This document shows positions 63,301 through 64,000 of a stretch of 64,000 bases of DNA, in pieces; position 1 is the first letter of the stretch, and every line of letters starts with the position of its first letter. Below the pieces are notes generated by a model. The model saw only the letters and a program-made list of their open reading frames with translations. It did no database searches and was not told where the DNA came from. Location: assembly GCA_963788655.1 (NCBI GenBank), contig CAWBHS010000076.1:32001-96000 (forward strand). Direction: 5' to 3'. The DNA comes from an uncultured Verrucomicrobiae bacterium. GTDB lineage: Bacteria; Verrucomicrobiota; Verrucomicrobiia; Limisphaerales; JAFGQR01. The translations under genes and the position numbers were made by a program.

Positions 63301-64000
63301 ATGACCGACGCCTCCACAGGTCTGGCCCAGGGCGACCTCCAGGACCAGAAAGTCAAAGACTACCATTCGGACCTGGGTACGACGCAAACGCAAACGGTCA
63401 CTCTGCCCGGCTTCCGCACCCAGTCGGGCTACGTGTTCGAGTCGGTGGAAGTGGCGTACCAGACCCTCGGCACACTGTCGCCGGACAAAGACAACGCGAT
63501 CCTCGTATGCCACGCGCTTTCCGGCGATGCTCACGTGGCTGGCCTGAGTCCGGCCACCGGCCGCCCGGGTTGGTGGGATTACCACGTGGGTCCGGGCAAA
63601 GCCATCGACACGGACCGCTTCTTCGTGATCAGTTCCAATGTGCTGGGCGGGTGCAGCGGCACCACCGGGCCGTCGTCGATCAATCCGGCCACTGGCCAGC
63701 CCTACGCCATGAGTTTCCCGCCGGTCAACATTCGCGACATGGTGGCGGTGCAATCCCGTTTGATCGATCACCTGGGCATTTCCAAGTTGTTTGCCGTGAC
63801 GGGTGGTTCGATGGGCGGCATGCAGGCCTTGGTCTGGGCGGTGGACTATCCCAATCGCGTCCACACCTGCGTGCCCATTGCCACCTGCATGGCGCACACG
63901 GCGATGCAGATCGCGTTCAACGAAATCGGACGCCAGGCGATCATCACGGACACGAACTGGAAGGGCGGTCACTACGAGGCGGGACACCGTCCCGAACACG
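63301..64000 (+). CDS. metX: Homoserine O-acetyltransferase (runs off the window end)
   Basis: Own translation from ATG 63301: AYQTLG, VCHALSGD, GWWD, GPGKAIDT, GGSMGG; absent from the ORF track because no stop is in the window. Confidence 0.93.
   Translation, partial: MTDASTGLAQGDLQDQKVKDYHSDLGTTQTQTVTLPGFRTQSGYVFESVEVAYQTLGTLSPDKDNAILVCHALSGDAHVAGLSPATGRPGWWDYHVGPGKAIDTDRFFVISSNVLGGCSGTTGPSSINPATGQPYAMSFPPVNIRDMVAVQSRLIDHLGISKLFAVTGGSMGGMQALVWAVDYPNRVHTCVPIATCMAHTAMQIAFNEIGRQAIITDTNWKGGHYEAGHRPEH

Overview
A GC-rich bacterial window. The gene repertoire (H-X9-DG prepilin-like protein, ECF sigma/Ser-Thr kinase pair, large Ig-repeat secreted proteins, sulfatase, several REP-like palindrome families) points to Verrucomicrobiota, probably Pedosphaera/Limisphaera-like; this is inference. 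About 45 genes are recognisable: housekeeping and metabolic genes (adk, rtcA, metY, metX, M29 aminopeptidase, PfkB kinase), ion transporters (ClC, CaCA), secreted carbohydrate-active and surface proteins, and two type II toxin-antitoxin pairs. Many genes are split by indels, most likely uncorrected long-read errors. Main candidates for undescribed systems: (1) a three-gene unit of a membrane-anchored RoxA-like di-heme cytochrome c, a GMC oxidoreductase and a multi-TM cPLA2/patatin-like phospholipase, possibly a lipid release and oxidation pathway; (2) a GbsR-type regulon with two visible palindromic operators controlling a DUF393-MBOAT fusion, DUF2071, a desaturase and a TIGR01777 epimerase; (3) a 132-bp MITE with IS5-like ends that carries a GTAG-REP hairpin, in three full copies. 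Also notable: a shared C-terminal motif on secreted proteins, a stand-alone DUF772 protein, internally deleted mini-paralogs and an orphan phage scaffold remnant. No CRISPR array, rRNA or tRNA was seen. All family assignments are from motif recognition by eye, not database searches.
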